Assembly (NCBI GenBank): GCA_944363675.1 | Contig: CALVUT010000040.1 | Coordinates: forward strand, 1 to 38,626 | From: an uncultured Bacilli bacterium | GTDB lineage: Bacteria; Bacillota_I; Bacilli_A; RF39; UBA660 | Reading direction: 5' to 3' | Length of the DNA stretch: 38,626 nucleotides | Shown: in pieces, positions 1-9,846 of the stretch | How the letters are laid out: the number at the start of each line of letters is the position of its first letter | Position numbering within the stretch: the first letter of the stretch is position 1 | Program-made: the position numbers and the translations under genes | Notes under the pieces: model-generated | Database searches by the model: none | Told to the model about the DNA's origin: nothing | Seen by the model: the letters and a program-made list of their open reading frames with translations, nothing else

Positions 1-2
1 CA

Positions 3-200
3 TTATATAGTGAAATCTCTTTGGCATTAAGTACATTAAGTAGAGATGAATTTACATACTTTTTAGATGTGTTGTATTTAAAAAAATCAGAAAATTATTT
101 GATTGATAAGATTCAGACTACGAGACATCTATTTAAGACTATTAAAGCAAGTTGCATTGTCAAGATGGCAATTGCTTTAAATGTTTCAGCATATAGCTAA
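3..200 (+). CDS. Partial ORF (C-terminal 65 aa), possible ArpU/RinA- or sigma region 4-like regulator
   Basis: Not in ORF track. Frame 3 is open from the window edge: LYSEISLALSTLSRDEFTYFLDVLYLKKSENYLIDKIQTTRHLFKTIKASCIVKMAIALNVSAYS*. A terminator follows. Family call is from loose pattern resemblance only. Confidence 0.55.
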   Translation, partial: LYSEISLALSTLSRDEFTYFLDVLYLKKSENYLIDKIQTTRHLFKTIKASCIVKMAIALNVSAYS

Positions 201-218
201 CATGTTATATGCTTTTTT
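188..218 (+). terminator. Intrinsic terminator
   Basis: AGCATATAGC-taacat-GTTATATGCT stem with one G-U pair, followed by a T-run, overlapping the stop at 198-200. Confidence 0.7.
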
Positions 219-240
219 ATGTAAAAGTTTAAGAAATATA

Positions 241-269
241 CTGACAAAATTTCAGAAAGATTATACAAT
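241..269 (+). promoter_or_regulatory. Putative sigma-A promoter
   Basis: CTGACA-N17-TACAAT upstream of RBS GAGGT and ATG 295. Confidence 0.5.
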
Positions 270-294
270 ATAATCATGAAAAGAGGTTTGAGAT

Positions 295-1089
295 ATGAGC
301 AGAAAAGGTAAAATTATAATTTATGTTTCCATTGCAATTCTAATTGCATTGATTGGAATTGTTATTGGATATTTTTGTGTAAAGAATTTGGGGGATAATG
401 AAAATTCAAATCCAGTTGAATCACCTGTAGAAATAGATGAAGAAATAGAAATTAACGATCCAATCGAATCAAATGATGAAAGCGTACCAAATAATAATGA
501 TGACACTGGAAATGAATTGCTAGAACAAGAATCCTCTCAAAGTAATGAAAAAAATAATAGTGTTTCAAGTTCTAATTCAAATACAAATTCAAGTAATAAT
601 AGTGTTAATAATCAACCTCAAACATCTAATAATTCGAGTGCTAACACTGGTAATACTAATTCGAATAGTAGTAATAACCAAACCACTCAAGAAAATAATT
701 CTACTAGTGAAGAACAATTGATTACATGGGATAGTATTGATTTTTCTGCAGGAGTTTCTAGTTTGTCTTCAGAAGAGAAAAATTTTCTTTTAAGTTATGC
801 AAAACAACAAATATCAGATTTTGAATTAGATTTTTTGACTTTGTCTCAATGTGAAAATGCTGGAAAAGAATGGGAACAATATGGATGGATGTATAGCTGT
901 ATAGTAGTCAATACACCAAATCCAAATATTCAGTTAACATCTCTTACAATTGAAACAAAAGATATATTTTGCGATAATAATTGGACTGGAAGTCATGTAT
1001 ATGATTGGAAAAATGAAAAAATTGGAAATGTTGCTTATTTAAGAAAGATAGGTTATTCATGTACTAATATTTCAAGTGATATTTATTAA
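295..1089 (+). CDS. Membrane-anchored surface protein: N-terminal TM helix, Asn/Ser-rich linker, Cys-containing C-terminal domain
   Basis: Basic N-terminus plus hydrophobic helix (IIIYVSIAILIALIGIVIGYF), low-complexity N/S stalk, four Cys in the last ~80 aa. Confidence 0.75.
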   Translation: MSRKGKIIIYVSIAILIALIGIVIGYFCVKNLGDNENSNPVESPVEIDEEIEINDPIESNDESVPNNNDDTGNELLEQESSQSNEKNNSVSSSNSNTNSSNNSVNNQPQTSNNSSANTGNTNSNSSNNQTTQENNSTSEEQLITWDSIDFSAGVSSLSSEEKNFLLSYAKQQISDFELDFLTLSQCENAGKEWEQYGWMYSCIVVNTPNPNIQLTSLTIETKDIFCDNNWTGSHVYDWKNEKIGNVAYLRKIGYSCTNISSDIY

Positions 1090-1113
1090 AAGCTATTGAT
1101 TTATAGCTTTTTT
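1088..1113 (+). terminator. Intrinsic terminator-like hairpin just before the adhesin RBS
   Basis: AAAAGCTAT-tgattt-ATAGCTTTT followed by TT. Confidence 0.6.
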
Positions 1114-1131
1114 ATTTTAGGAGGTGAAATA

Positions 1132-4100
1132 ATGAAGAAAAATTTAAAAGGACTATTACTAGTTCTTTTTTTGATGCTGGGAATTAGCATAGAAAGTAAA
1201 GAAATAAATGCTCAAACAGTAACGGATTCCTTTAATAGAACTTTTATCGGGACATATCATTATGTTTTTGATGATGGAAAATTTGGGGATTTTGAATTGT
1301 TTACTAGAAATTCTGATGGAAGTCGAGCATATTGTATTCAGCCAGGCACATCGTTTAAAGGTGGAAATTACATTGGATACACTAATTTAACTAATGATCA
1401 AAAAGCAAGTTATGTTGGTTTAACAAGCAATCAGCTACGAGAAGTTTCACTGATTGCTCAGTTTGGTTATGGATATATTGGGCATAATACAAATGAATGG
1501 TATGTTGCAACGCAAGCACTTATTTGGTCAAAACTTGGAAAAAGTTATCAATTTACCAGTCGTAATTCGGCTGCAAATCCATGGGCTTATGTCATCGCTA
1601 CTCCAACTACAATTCAAGCTAAAATGAATGAGATTGAAAGCCTCGTTGCAAATTATAAAAGGACGCCTGCGTTTAATGCGACTTATGCAACTATAAATGT
1701 AGGCGACAGTTATTCATTTGTGGATTATGCTGGCCTTTTAAGTAATTATCAAGTATCTTCATGTGTTAATTGTAATGCTTCTATATCTGGAAATAACTTA
1801 GTTGTAACTCCTACATCAATTGAAAGTGGGACAATTACATTAGAAAGTAAACGAGGAACATGGACGGAGGAATTTATTGTTTATTCGAGTCCAACAAGTC
1901 AAAATATTATGGTTCCTGGAATAGTAGATCCTCTCAAAGTTAATTTGAGTTTTGATGTTGTAGCTGGAGAATTACAATTAAAAAAATATGATGCAGAAAC
2001 AAAAACTTGCGATAAATATTTAAAAAATACTATATATAAATTATATAAAAATGACGGAACTTATATTCAAGATTTAATTATCGATGAGAATTGTTCTGCT
2101 TCTGCAAAAAATTTAGCTTTGGGAAGTTATTATGTTCAAGAGTATAGCGTTAATGGTAATTTTGAATTGGATTCAACAAAGCATTTTTTTGATATAACCA
2201 AATCACAAACTAAAAAAGAGTTAATTGTTTATGATAGTCCTTTCCTCGGTCAAGTGGAAATATATAAATTTGATTCTATTACAAACTCATGTGTTTCGTC
2301 TGGTTCAGCAAGTTTAAAAGGTACAGTATATGGAATATATAAAAGTGATGGAACTTTAATATCTCAATTAGTTATTGATGAAAATTGTTATGCAAAATCA
2401 GAAAAAAATTTGAGAACAGGAGATTATTATATTCAAGAGATAAAATCTGGAACTGGATATAAAATAGATAATAAAAAATATGATTTCTCTATTACACCAG
2501 AAAATTATAAAAAAGTCTTTACGTTTCAGTTAAAAGATATTCCCTATACGACGTTTCTGACTATAAATAAAACTTATCTCAGCCAGAATGGAGTTCAGGC
2601 AGAAGTGGGTGCAACTTTTGAAGTTTGGAGCACTACCAAAAATAAAAAAGTTGCAACTCTTGTAATAGATAAATCAGCAACGGCAAGTATTCTTTTGCCA
2701 TACGATAAATATATTATTAAACAAGTGTCGGGGAAAGAAGGATATAAGCTTGCAAATGACATTGATTTTTCTGTGAATGAAGAGACAGAACCTGAAACTT
2801 ACATAACTTTGACTAATGAACCTTACAGTGCGAAAATTAAAGTGGAAAAAGTTGATACTAATAATAATAAAATTGCATTGGCAGGAATTAAATTTAAAAT
2901 TTATGATATAGATAATGGAAAATATGTTTGTCAAAACATTACTTATCCTAATGTTGAAGAGATCTGTGTGTTTGAAACTGATATGAACGGGGAATTTATA
3001 ACTCCTGATATTTTATATCCTGGTCATTATCGCCTAGAAGAGGTTGACCAAAGTATATATGGTTATCTTTGGAATCAAAATGGTTTAGAATTTACAATTG
3101 ATGAAAATTCTAATTTTATCGAGGATAAAGATTTAGGTACATTAGTTGTTTTAACTTTTGAAAATCAAGAAGTATTTGGGGAAATTCAAATTCATAAAGT
3201 TGGTGAGGAATTAGTTATTGAAAACAATTCTTATTACTATCAAGAAACTAATCTAGCAGATGTGGTTTTTGAATTATATGATGAAAACGGTAATTTGATT
3301 CAAAAAATTAAAACGGACGAAAATGGTCTTGGAACGTTTAAAAATTTAAAATTAGGAAAATACATTTTAAAGGAAGTGTCAACGAGAGATGGATATGTAT
3401 TGTCAAATGAAGAATATGAAATTGTTTTAGAATATCAGGATCAATATACACCAATTGTTTACAAAACCTTTGAGCTAAAAAACTATTTAAAAAAAGGTAC
3501 ACTAGAATTTACGAAAACTGATTTAGTTGATGATGAACCATTGCCTAACACAACCATTAAAATTTACGATGAAAGTACAAACGTTCTGATTTTTGAAGGA
3601 AAAACTGATAAGGATGGAAAGATTATAATTTCTAATTTGTATGTTGGCAATTTCAGAATTGAAGAAAGTAATGCTCCAGCAGGATATATTTTAAATGATG
3701 AACCCATGTATTTTAGTATCAAAGAAAATGGTAAGATAGAAAAAGTTAATATGACTAACGAAAAAATTAAGGGAATACTAAAACTATTAAAAACTGACGA
3801 ATTAGGTAATCCATTATCAGGAGTAAAAATAAATATATATAAAGAAGATGGCAGTTTATATGGAACATTTATTACAAATGAAGAAGGACTTATAACTATT
3901 GAAAATATAGAATACGGAAATTATGAAATAAAAGAAATCAAAACCTTAGATGGTTACGAAATTAGCTCAGAAAGTCTATATTTTTCAATCGATTCTCAAG
4001 ATGAATTTGTCGAGTTATCATTGGTAAATAAAAAATTACCTCAAACAGGAAAGTATGATTATTCTAAGATTTTAGGTTGTACATTTTTATTTGCAGGAGG

Positions 4101-4152
4101 ATTATTGACTATAGCTTATATTAAGAAGCAAAAAAAGAAGGAGGGAAAATAA
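1132..4152 (+). CDS. Sortase-anchored adhesin: Cys-Gln thioester domain plus SpaA/CnaB-type isopeptide repeats, LPXTG
   Basis: RBS AGGAGGTG before ATG 1132 (preferred to the ORF-track start at 1096). Signal peptide; AYCIQPG and YVATQALIW thioester motifs; repeated G-x-Y-x-x-x-E...GY prealbumin-like units; LPQTG, TM segment and basic tail. Confidence 0.9.
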   Translation: MKKNLKGLLLVLFLMLGISIESKEINAQTVTDSFNRTFIGTYHYVFDDGKFGDFELFTRNSDGSRAYCIQPGTSFKGGNYIGYTNLTNDQKASYVGLTSNQLREVSLIAQFGYGYIGHNTNEWYVATQALIWSKLGKSYQFTSRNSAANPWAYVIATPTTIQAKMNEIESLVANYKRTPAFNATYATINVGDSYSFVDYAGLLSNYQVSSCVNCNASISGNNLVVTPTSIESGTITLESKRGTWTEEFIVYSSPTSQNIMVPGIVDPLKVNLSFDVVAGELQLKKYDAETKTCDKYLKNTIYKLYKNDGTYIQDLIIDENCSASAKNLALGSYYVQEYSVNGNFELDSTKHFFDITKSQTKKELIVYDSPFLGQVEIYKFDSITNSCVSSGSASLKGTVYGIYKSDGTLISQLVIDENCYAKSEKNLRTGDYYIQEIKSGTGYKIDNKKYDFSITPENYKKVFTFQLKDIPYTTFLTINKTYLSQNGVQAEVGATFEVWSTTKNKKVATLVIDKSATASILLPYDKYIIKQVSGKEGYKLANDIDFSVNEETEPETYITLTNEPYSAKIKVEKVDTNNNKIALAGIKFKIYDIDNGKYVCQNITYPNVEEICVFETDMNGEFITPDILYPGHYRLEEVDQSIYGYLWNQNGLEFTIDENSNFIEDKDLGTLVVLTFENQEVFGEIQIHKVGEELVIENNSYYYQETNLADVVFELYDENGNLIQKIKTDENGLGTFKNLKLGKYILKEVSTRDGYVLSNEEYEIVLEYQDQYTPIVYKTFELKNYLKKGTLEFTKTDLVDDEPLPNTTIKIYDESTNVLIFEGKTDKDGKIIISNLYVGNFRIEESNAPAGYILNDEPMYFSIKENGKIEKVNMTNEKIKGILKLLKTDELGNPLSGVKINIYKEDGSLYGTFITNEEGLITIENIEYGNYEIKEIKTLDGYEISSESLYFSIDSQDEFVELSLVNKKLPQTGKYDYSKILGCTFLFAGGLLTIAYIKKQKKKEGK

Positions 4153-4153
4153 T

Positions 4154-4516
4154 ATGGAGCAACAAAACAACTATAAAAATAGTATAGAAATTACAGGAAA
4201 TATTGCTTCTATGTCAGAAGTTAAAGAAAAATCAAATGGTAAAAATTTTATGTATATGAATATTGCTCAAAATAGTCGTGATGGGCGAGCAAGTTTTTAT
4301 CCGATTTATTTAGATGGAAATATTTTAGAAAATGTTTTGAAAGAAGATTTACAAGTTGGAAATAAAATCACTGTTGTTGGAAAATTAGATTCATATCAAA
4401 AAGATGGAAAACAAACTTTGCAAATTCGGCCTTTTGAAATTCAAAAAATCGAAAAACAAATTGTTCAAGAAAATACTAGAGTAATTTCTAGCAATTCAAA
4501 AGAAATGGATATGTAA
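4154..4516 (+). CDS. ssb: Single-stranded DNA-binding protein (ICE type)
   Basis: NSIEITGNI...LQVGNKITVVGKLDSY OB-fold pattern. Lacks the acidic DDLPF tip. Confidence 0.8.
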   Translation: MEQQNNYKNSIEITGNIASMSEVKEKSNGKNFMYMNIAQNSRDGRASFYPIYLDGNILENVLKEDLQVGNKITVVGKLDSYQKDGKQTLQIRPFEIQKIEKQIVQENTRVISSNSKEMDM

Positions 4517-4522
4517 GTTCGT

Positions 4523-5011
4523 ATGCTTTATTTTATTACAGAGTACAAAAATCAGGAAGCAAGAGATACTTTGCGTGATTTAGGATTATATTGTTATTCT
4601 TTGCGAAGTTCAGAAGATGATTGGCAAGAAATTTCTACAATTGAAAATTTAGTGTTAGTCAATCGATATGGCAGTATTATAACAAACGAGGAAATCATTT
4701 TAGGGGAGCAATATCCACAAGATTTCCTCGATTTTTCTCTATTTTCTCTTAAAAACACAAAGGTGAATTCTATAAGTGATTTATTAGAAAATCTAGAAGA
4801 ACTAGGGAATTTGGATTTATCGAGTGATGAGAAAATTATGCAAGAATTACAAAACTTCAAAAATGTAGATTTGAAAAAGGTTCAAAGTTTAAATTATAAC
4901 GAAAAATTAAATTTTATTATCGAAAAATATAAAAAAGATTTCAATACGTATTTAATTTCCAACGGCAATCATATTTATCAGCAATTATTTTTTGACAATT
5001 CAATGGTATAA
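4523..5011 (+). CDS. LPD28-like (large polyvalent protein domain 28) protein
   Basis: LYCYSLRSSEDDWQEISTIENLVLVNRYGSIITNEEI matches the Y-x-LR...DW...TIE..V-x-VN..G-x-I pattern recalled for LPD28. Confidence 0.6.
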   Translation: MLYFITEYKNQEARDTLRDLGLYCYSLRSSEDDWQEISTIENLVLVNRYGSIITNEEIILGEQYPQDFLDFSLFSLKNTKVNSISDLLENLEELGNLDLSSDEKIMQELQNFKNVDLKKVQSLNYNEKLNFIIEKYKKDFNTYLISNGNHIYQQLFFDNSMV

Positions 5012-5108
5012 AAAGGAATAAAAAGGTGTAATACAAATAATTTTAAGAGTGATAATTATGCACCAATAATTTTATGTGATTATTTTTTATCTTAAAGGGG
5101 GGTTGAAG

Positions 5109-5411
5109 ATGAAAAATTTGTTTTTACTAGCAGAAGCTACGCAGCAGAGTGGTATTCAAAAACTTGAAGGTGGAACATACGATATTAACTCTATTATAGA
5201 AGTAATTGGTACACTGACTGATTGGGTTACAAGAATAGGTATTGCTGCTGCAGGCTTGTCTCTAGTTATTGGATTTGTAATGTATTCAGTAGTAGATGTT
5301 GAAAAAAAGGCTCAAGTAAAGCATGGAATTATTTTGACACTACTAGGAATTGCAGGTATTATAACTGCGTTGTCTCTTGTAAATCTAATAATCGAATCGT
5401 TTACAATATAG
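5109..5411 (+). CDS. VirB2/TrbC-like pilin-type membrane protein
   Basis: About 100 aa with two hydrophobic helices separated by a short charged loop; first gene of the T4SS block. RBS AAAGGGGGG favours ATG 5109. Confidence 0.65.
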   Translation: MKNLFLLAEATQQSGIQKLEGGTYDINSIIEVIGTLTDWVTRIGIAAAGLSLVIGFVMYSVVDVEKKAQVKHGIILTLLGIAGIITALSLVNLIIESFTI

Positions 5412-5420
5412 GAGTGGTTT

Positions 5421-6845
5421 ATGATATTAAAAGCGTTAGATTTATTAAGAGAGCTTGGATGGGGATTTATAAGTCTCATATTTAATTTGATAGACGCAAT
5501 TTATGAAATCATCTCAAAAATAAATGAATTAGATATAGTTGGAACTATGGCAAATAATACAATATTTTCAAATTTTTATACTAATATTATTGTAATAGCA
5601 ATAAGTGTATTTGGATTATTTACTATTTGGCAATTTGCTAAAAAAGCAATAGATCCAGAAGAAGGGCCAAATTTTACACAGATTGTAAAAGAAGTAATAA
5701 AATGTGGAATTCTAATATTAGTGTCCACATTTTTATTTGTTCAAGTTTCAACTTTTTCAATTCAGTTATCGGGGTTTGTAGGTACAATGATAAAATCAGA
5801 TAATAACACAACACTTGGAAGTGAACTTCTAATAAATTATATAGATTATTCTAATGGTTATAAATCGAGTGATAAGTTTGAAAATGATGATTATCAAACA
5901 TCGATTAGAAATGGAACTTTTACGGCTTATCAAGGTTATAACGACAAATACGTTGTAAAAGATCGTTGGATTCGTTCTGATGAAAGAGATTACAAATATT
6001 CTATTCAGTGGATTTTAGCTATTTTGTGTGGAGGCTTTTTTCTGTATGCTTTAATATTTTCAGCTGTTATGTTAGCAAAAAGGCAAATAGAATTTTTAGT
6101 TTTATTTGTTATTTCGCCCATAGTGTATGCTACTAGTATTTGTAATAAGCAAAGAAGAAACACATTGATTGAACAGTTAGTTTCTTTAACTTTACAATCA
6201 GCAATGATTATACTAATTATTAACTTAATTGCATTAGTTGCAATTCAAATAAATAGTACTCAGTTTTTTGATAATGACTTTCAAGATATGGCAACACGTT
6301 CCATATTATATCTTGGGTGTGCAATCCTGTTGCTAACAGGAAGTAATAGTATTAGCCAGTTTATTGGAAGTAATATCGGAGCTAGCGCTGGAAGAGAACA
6401 ATTAATGTCCCTTATGGGTTTTGGAAGAATTGCTGGTGGTGCAGGAAAAGCCACTGGAGCCACTGCTTTTGGAACTGGTATGATTTTAGGAGGGGTAGCT
6501 GTAAAAGGTGGAAATTATTTGGCACAGAAAACAGGAGTCGCAGGTAAGGTAGGTAGAGGTGCAAATAATTTATTACAGCAAACAGGTTTAGGGATTGCTA
6601 GCTTTGGAAATAGTTTCGAAAGTAATAATCATAATCCTCTTTCACATGGAGTCCAAAGTGTAGGTAACACGATACGTTCTTATGGATTAAATATAGCATC
6701 ATCAGCTATGAAACGTAATGCAAATAATGAGGGTATTGGTTTAAGCAGAAAAATATCTTCTGGTACTAGTTCAATGATGAAAGGTGGATTAGGTATGATA
6801 AATCCAATTCGTAGAACTCCTACTATTAGATCAAGAAAAAAATAA
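5421..6845 (+). CDS. VirB6/TrbL-like polytopic membrane protein
   Basis: Multiple TM helices, KRQIEFLVLFVISPIVYA motif, Gly-rich cytoplasmic tail; located upstream of PrgI/VirB4. Confidence 0.75.
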   Translation: MILKALDLLRELGWGFISLIFNLIDAIYEIISKINELDIVGTMANNTIFSNFYTNIIVIAISVFGLFTIWQFAKKAIDPEEGPNFTQIVKEVIKCGILILVSTFLFVQVSTFSIQLSGFVGTMIKSDNNTTLGSELLINYIDYSNGYKSSDKFENDDYQTSIRNGTFTAYQGYNDKYVVKDRWIRSDERDYKYSIQWILAILCGGFFLYALIFSAVMLAKRQIEFLVLFVISPIVYATSICNKQRRNTLIEQLVSLTLQSAMIILIINLIALVAIQINSTQFFDNDFQDMATRSILYLGCAILLLTGSNSISQFIGSNIGASAGREQLMSLMGFGRIAGGAGKATGATAFGTGMILGGVAVKGGNYLAQKTGVAGKVGRGANNLLQQTGLGIASFGNSFESNNHNPLSHGVQSVGNTIRSYGLNIASSAMKRNANNEGIGLSRKISSGTSSMMKGGLGMINPIRRTPTIRSRKK

Positions 6846-6871
6846 AAAAATGAAATAAGGAGTGTGATATT

Positions 6872-7177
6872 ATGTACATTACAGTAGCAAGTATTAAAAA
6901 AAATCTAGGGTTTAAAGGATTAGAAATTAATGATTTAATTATAGGCATTCCTGTTTTATTTTTCTTTTTATTGCTATTTTGTTTTACACCATATAAGTTA
7001 GCCAGTATTGTCTTTGCAATAACGGGGGGATTTCTTCTTATTCCGATCCAAGTAAGTCAAAAAAATCGAATGTATAAAATCTTATTTTTAATCATTAGTT
7101 TTTTAGTCTCAACTAAAGAATTTACTTATTATACAAAAGGTAAGGAAGTGATGATATTTGAAAAAAACAAAAGGTGA
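6872..7177 (+). CDS. PrgI/VirB3-like small membrane protein
   Basis: FKGL..DLII followed by two TM helices; overlaps the start of the VirB4 gene. Confidence 0.6.
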   Translation: MYITVASIKKNLGFKGLEINDLIIGIPVLFFFLLLFCFTPYKLASIVFAITGGFLLIPIQVSQKNRMYKILFLIISFLVSTKEFTYYTKGKEVMIFEKNKR

Positions 7178-9617
7178 AAAGGAAAAAAAACTGCTTATAA
7201 AAGTAAAAAGTAAAATAAATAATAATAAAAAAAAGTACTTAACAAAAAGTCAGATGAATAAAAAAATAAAGAATTCTCAATCGTTTATCAATGTCGATTG
7301 TGTATCTGAAAAAGGTATTATTAAATTAAAATCTGGAGAGGTTGCTCAATTACTCTCAGTCCAAGCAATAGATTTATCATTATCCAGTCAAGAACAAAAA
7401 AATTATTTTTATTCTCAATTAAAGTACTTATATCAGATTAAGGATTTAGATTTAAGAATTTATAAATTAAATGAACAATTAAATCTTAATTCTAACAAAG
7501 ATTATATTTTGAAATTAATGGATGAATGTAAAGATAATGAACAACGTTTATTATTTTTGCAAGAAAGGTATGGACTTTTAGAACAATTGGAAAATAATGA
7601 GTTTACTGTTTTTAATTGTTATTTTTTAGTTGTTATAGCAAAAAATGAAAATGCTCTAAAAAAGCAAGTTGAGGAAATAATTCGTATTTGTTATAGTCTT
7701 GTGCCAAGGTTACAACTAGAGGAATTAACTAATAAATATGAAATTTATAAGTTTTTGATTAATTTATATTTTAGTTCTGCTAATCTGGAACAATTATTAT
7801 GGTGTGAATTAACTGAACTGATAACTCCACTTAATATATCTGAGAAAGCTAATTTGTTAAAACTAGAAAATGATGAAGTACAGCTTTTGTCTATTAAAAG
7901 TATTCCGCCTTTTTTAGATGAAGGTTTTGTTGAACAAATATTTAATATGCCAGGTGTCCGTTGTTGTATTCATGTTAAAGATACTGTAGATCCAGATAGT
8001 TTAATAAAAAATTTAGATAGTTCATATCAATTTTTATTGTCTGATAGAATTACTACAAAAAAGCTTTCAGATGCAACAGAACTAGATACTCAAAAAGAAA
8101 ATTTTCAAATTTTAATGGATCAGTTGAAAAATGGAGCAGAAAAAATTAAAGAAGTAAATTTTATTGTTGCAGTCAACGGTGCAAAAAAGAAAAGAGAGGA
8201 TATAATAAAAGAATTAAAGAGATTAGCAGAGTACTATAAAATTCGCTTAGATGTTCCAAGACTTAGACAATATGAAACGTGGCAAAGTTTTGATATTTCT
8301 TCGAGTAGTATTAGTGATTATTCCGTTTATCTTCCTACTTTAACATTAGCTGCTAGTTTTCCTCTTACATCCACTAGTTTTAATGATGAGCAGGGTATTA
8401 TGATGGGATTAGATATTCATACAGCTTTGCCTGTATATTTTGATATGTTTAAACTTACTTCAGATAGAACAAGTCATAATATTTCACTTGTTGCATCTAC
8501 TGGTGGTGGTAAAAGTTTTACTTTAAAAAAATTAATTATAAACGCTATCAATCAAATAGGAGCTAAAGTATTCATTTTTGATTGTGAGAATGAATATAAA
8601 AAGCTGGTTGAACGAAATCACGGTGAATATATTGATTTGTATTCTAAGTCTGGTGGAATTATCAATCCACTACAAATACGTTTTTTACCGGTTGATAATG
8701 GCGAGAATGAAGATGACGTAGCAAATTGTCCTCTTGCTAAACATCTAGGATTCCTAGAAGCTTTTTATAAATGTGCTTTTGAAGAAATTAGTGAAAAGGA
8801 ATTAGTAATTCTGTTAGAAGAAACAGAGAAATTGTATTCTCAATTTGGAATTACTAAAAATTCTACCATATCTATGATAGAAAATATGAAACCAAACGAA
8901 TTTCCACTTTTTTCAGATTTAAAACAATTGATTGTTGAAGAAAAGGAAGTTATCAAAAATAGCGAAAAATTGAAGATTATCGAACAATTAGATATTTTAT
9001 TGGAACGTTTCTTGGTAGGTACAGATGCATTTTTATTTGATGACTATACAAATTTAAATTTAGAAAAAAGTGATTTAATTTGCTTTAATTTGCAAGAATT
9101 ACTTTTTAGTGAAAATAAAAGATTGATTAATACGCAAGTATTAAATGTATTAACTTTTTTAAATAATGCGATAGTAAAGAATAAAATTCTTAATGAAAGT
9201 GTAAAAGACAAAAAACACATTATTGTTGTAGTAGATGAATTTCATCTTTTTATAGATGAAGAAAATCCTGAGCTTCTCAAGAATTTTGGACAAATGGCAA
9301 GAAGACTTAGAAAATATTCTTCTTCATTTGTATGTGCAACACAATCTATTAGAGATTTTATTGGCTCGGCAAATATTTTAAGACATGCAACTGCCATATT
9401 CAACAATTGCCAGTATCAACTGATAGGAATGCTAAAAGAAGATGATCTCTCAGCTTATATAGAACTATTTAAGCAAAATGCTTTAACTGATACCCAAAAA
9501 GAATTTTTGCTACGAGCTAAACAAGGTGAATTTTTATTAAATATTACAAATAAAAAAAGAGTTCGACTATGGGTGCGTGCCACTCAATTAGAACAACAAC
9601 TGATGGGGGAAGATTAA
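7158..9617 (+). CDS. virB4: VirB4-like conjugal transfer ATPase
   Basis: Walker A ASTGGGKS, IFDCENEY, INPL, Walker B VVDEFH, RRLRKY...ATQ. TTG start is uncertain. Confidence 0.92.
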   Translation: MKKTKGEKEKKLLIKVKSKINNNKKKYLTKSQMNKKIKNSQSFINVDCVSEKGIIKLKSGEVAQLLSVQAIDLSLSSQEQKNYFYSQLKYLYQIKDLDLRIYKLNEQLNLNSNKDYILKLMDECKDNEQRLLFLQERYGLLEQLENNEFTVFNCYFLVVIAKNENALKKQVEEIIRICYSLVPRLQLEELTNKYEIYKFLINLYFSSANLEQLLWCELTELITPLNISEKANLLKLENDEVQLLSIKSIPPFLDEGFVEQIFNMPGVRCCIHVKDTVDPDSLIKNLDSSYQFLLSDRITTKKLSDATELDTQKENFQILMDQLKNGAEKIKEVNFIVAVNGAKKKREDIIKELKRLAEYYKIRLDVPRLRQYETWQSFDISSSSISDYSVYLPTLTLAASFPLTSTSFNDEQGIMMGLDIHTALPVYFDMFKLTSDRTSHNISLVASTGGGKSFTLKKLIINAINQIGAKVFIFDCENEYKKLVERNHGEYIDLYSKSGGIINPLQIRFLPVDNGENEDDVANCPLAKHLGFLEAFYKCAFEEISEKELVILLEETEKLYSQFGITKNSTISMIENMKPNEFPLFSDLKQLIVEEKEVIKNSEKLKIIEQLDILLERFLVGTDAFLFDDYTNLNLEKSDLICFNLQELLFSENKRLINTQVLNVLTFLNNAIVKNKILNESVKDKKHIIVVVDEFHLFIDEENPELLKNFGQMARRLRKYSSSFVCATQSIRDFIGSANILRHATAIFNNCQYQLIGMLKEDDLSAYIELFKQNALTDTQKEFLLRAKQGEFLLNITNKKRVRLWVRATQLEQQLMGED

Positions 9618-9845
9618 ATGAGAAAAGATACGAATTATAATGAAATAACACCAGAAAAAGGAAAAATTAAAAAGATTTTTAAAGAAATATATTTTGATGA
9701 TTTCGAAGATCCATGTGAAGAATTTACAGAAGTACTATATGATTTTATTCCAGAAAATCTAGTTGAAAATGAATTAAAGAAACTAAAAGGAATAAAAAGT
9801 AAACATGGAAAATTTTATAGTGTAGAGAAGATTAAGAAAAAGTGA
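9618..9845 (+). CDS. Hypothetical protein (75 aa)
   Basis: Abuts the virB4 stop and the next start; preceded by a GGGGGA RBS. Confidence 0.6.
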   Translation: MRKDTNYNEITPEKGKIKKIFKEIYFDDFEDPCEEFTEVLYDFIPENLVENELKKLKGIKSKHGKFYSVEKIKKK

Positions 9846-9846
9846 A

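Noticed and set aside
530-710. Tandem DNA repeat in the Asn/Ser-rich stretch
   Set aside because: Low-complexity coding sequence without a fixed repeat unit.
5065-5088. Terminator before the pilin-like gene
   Set aside because: The stem is only 6-7 A-T/G-T pairs, too weak to call.
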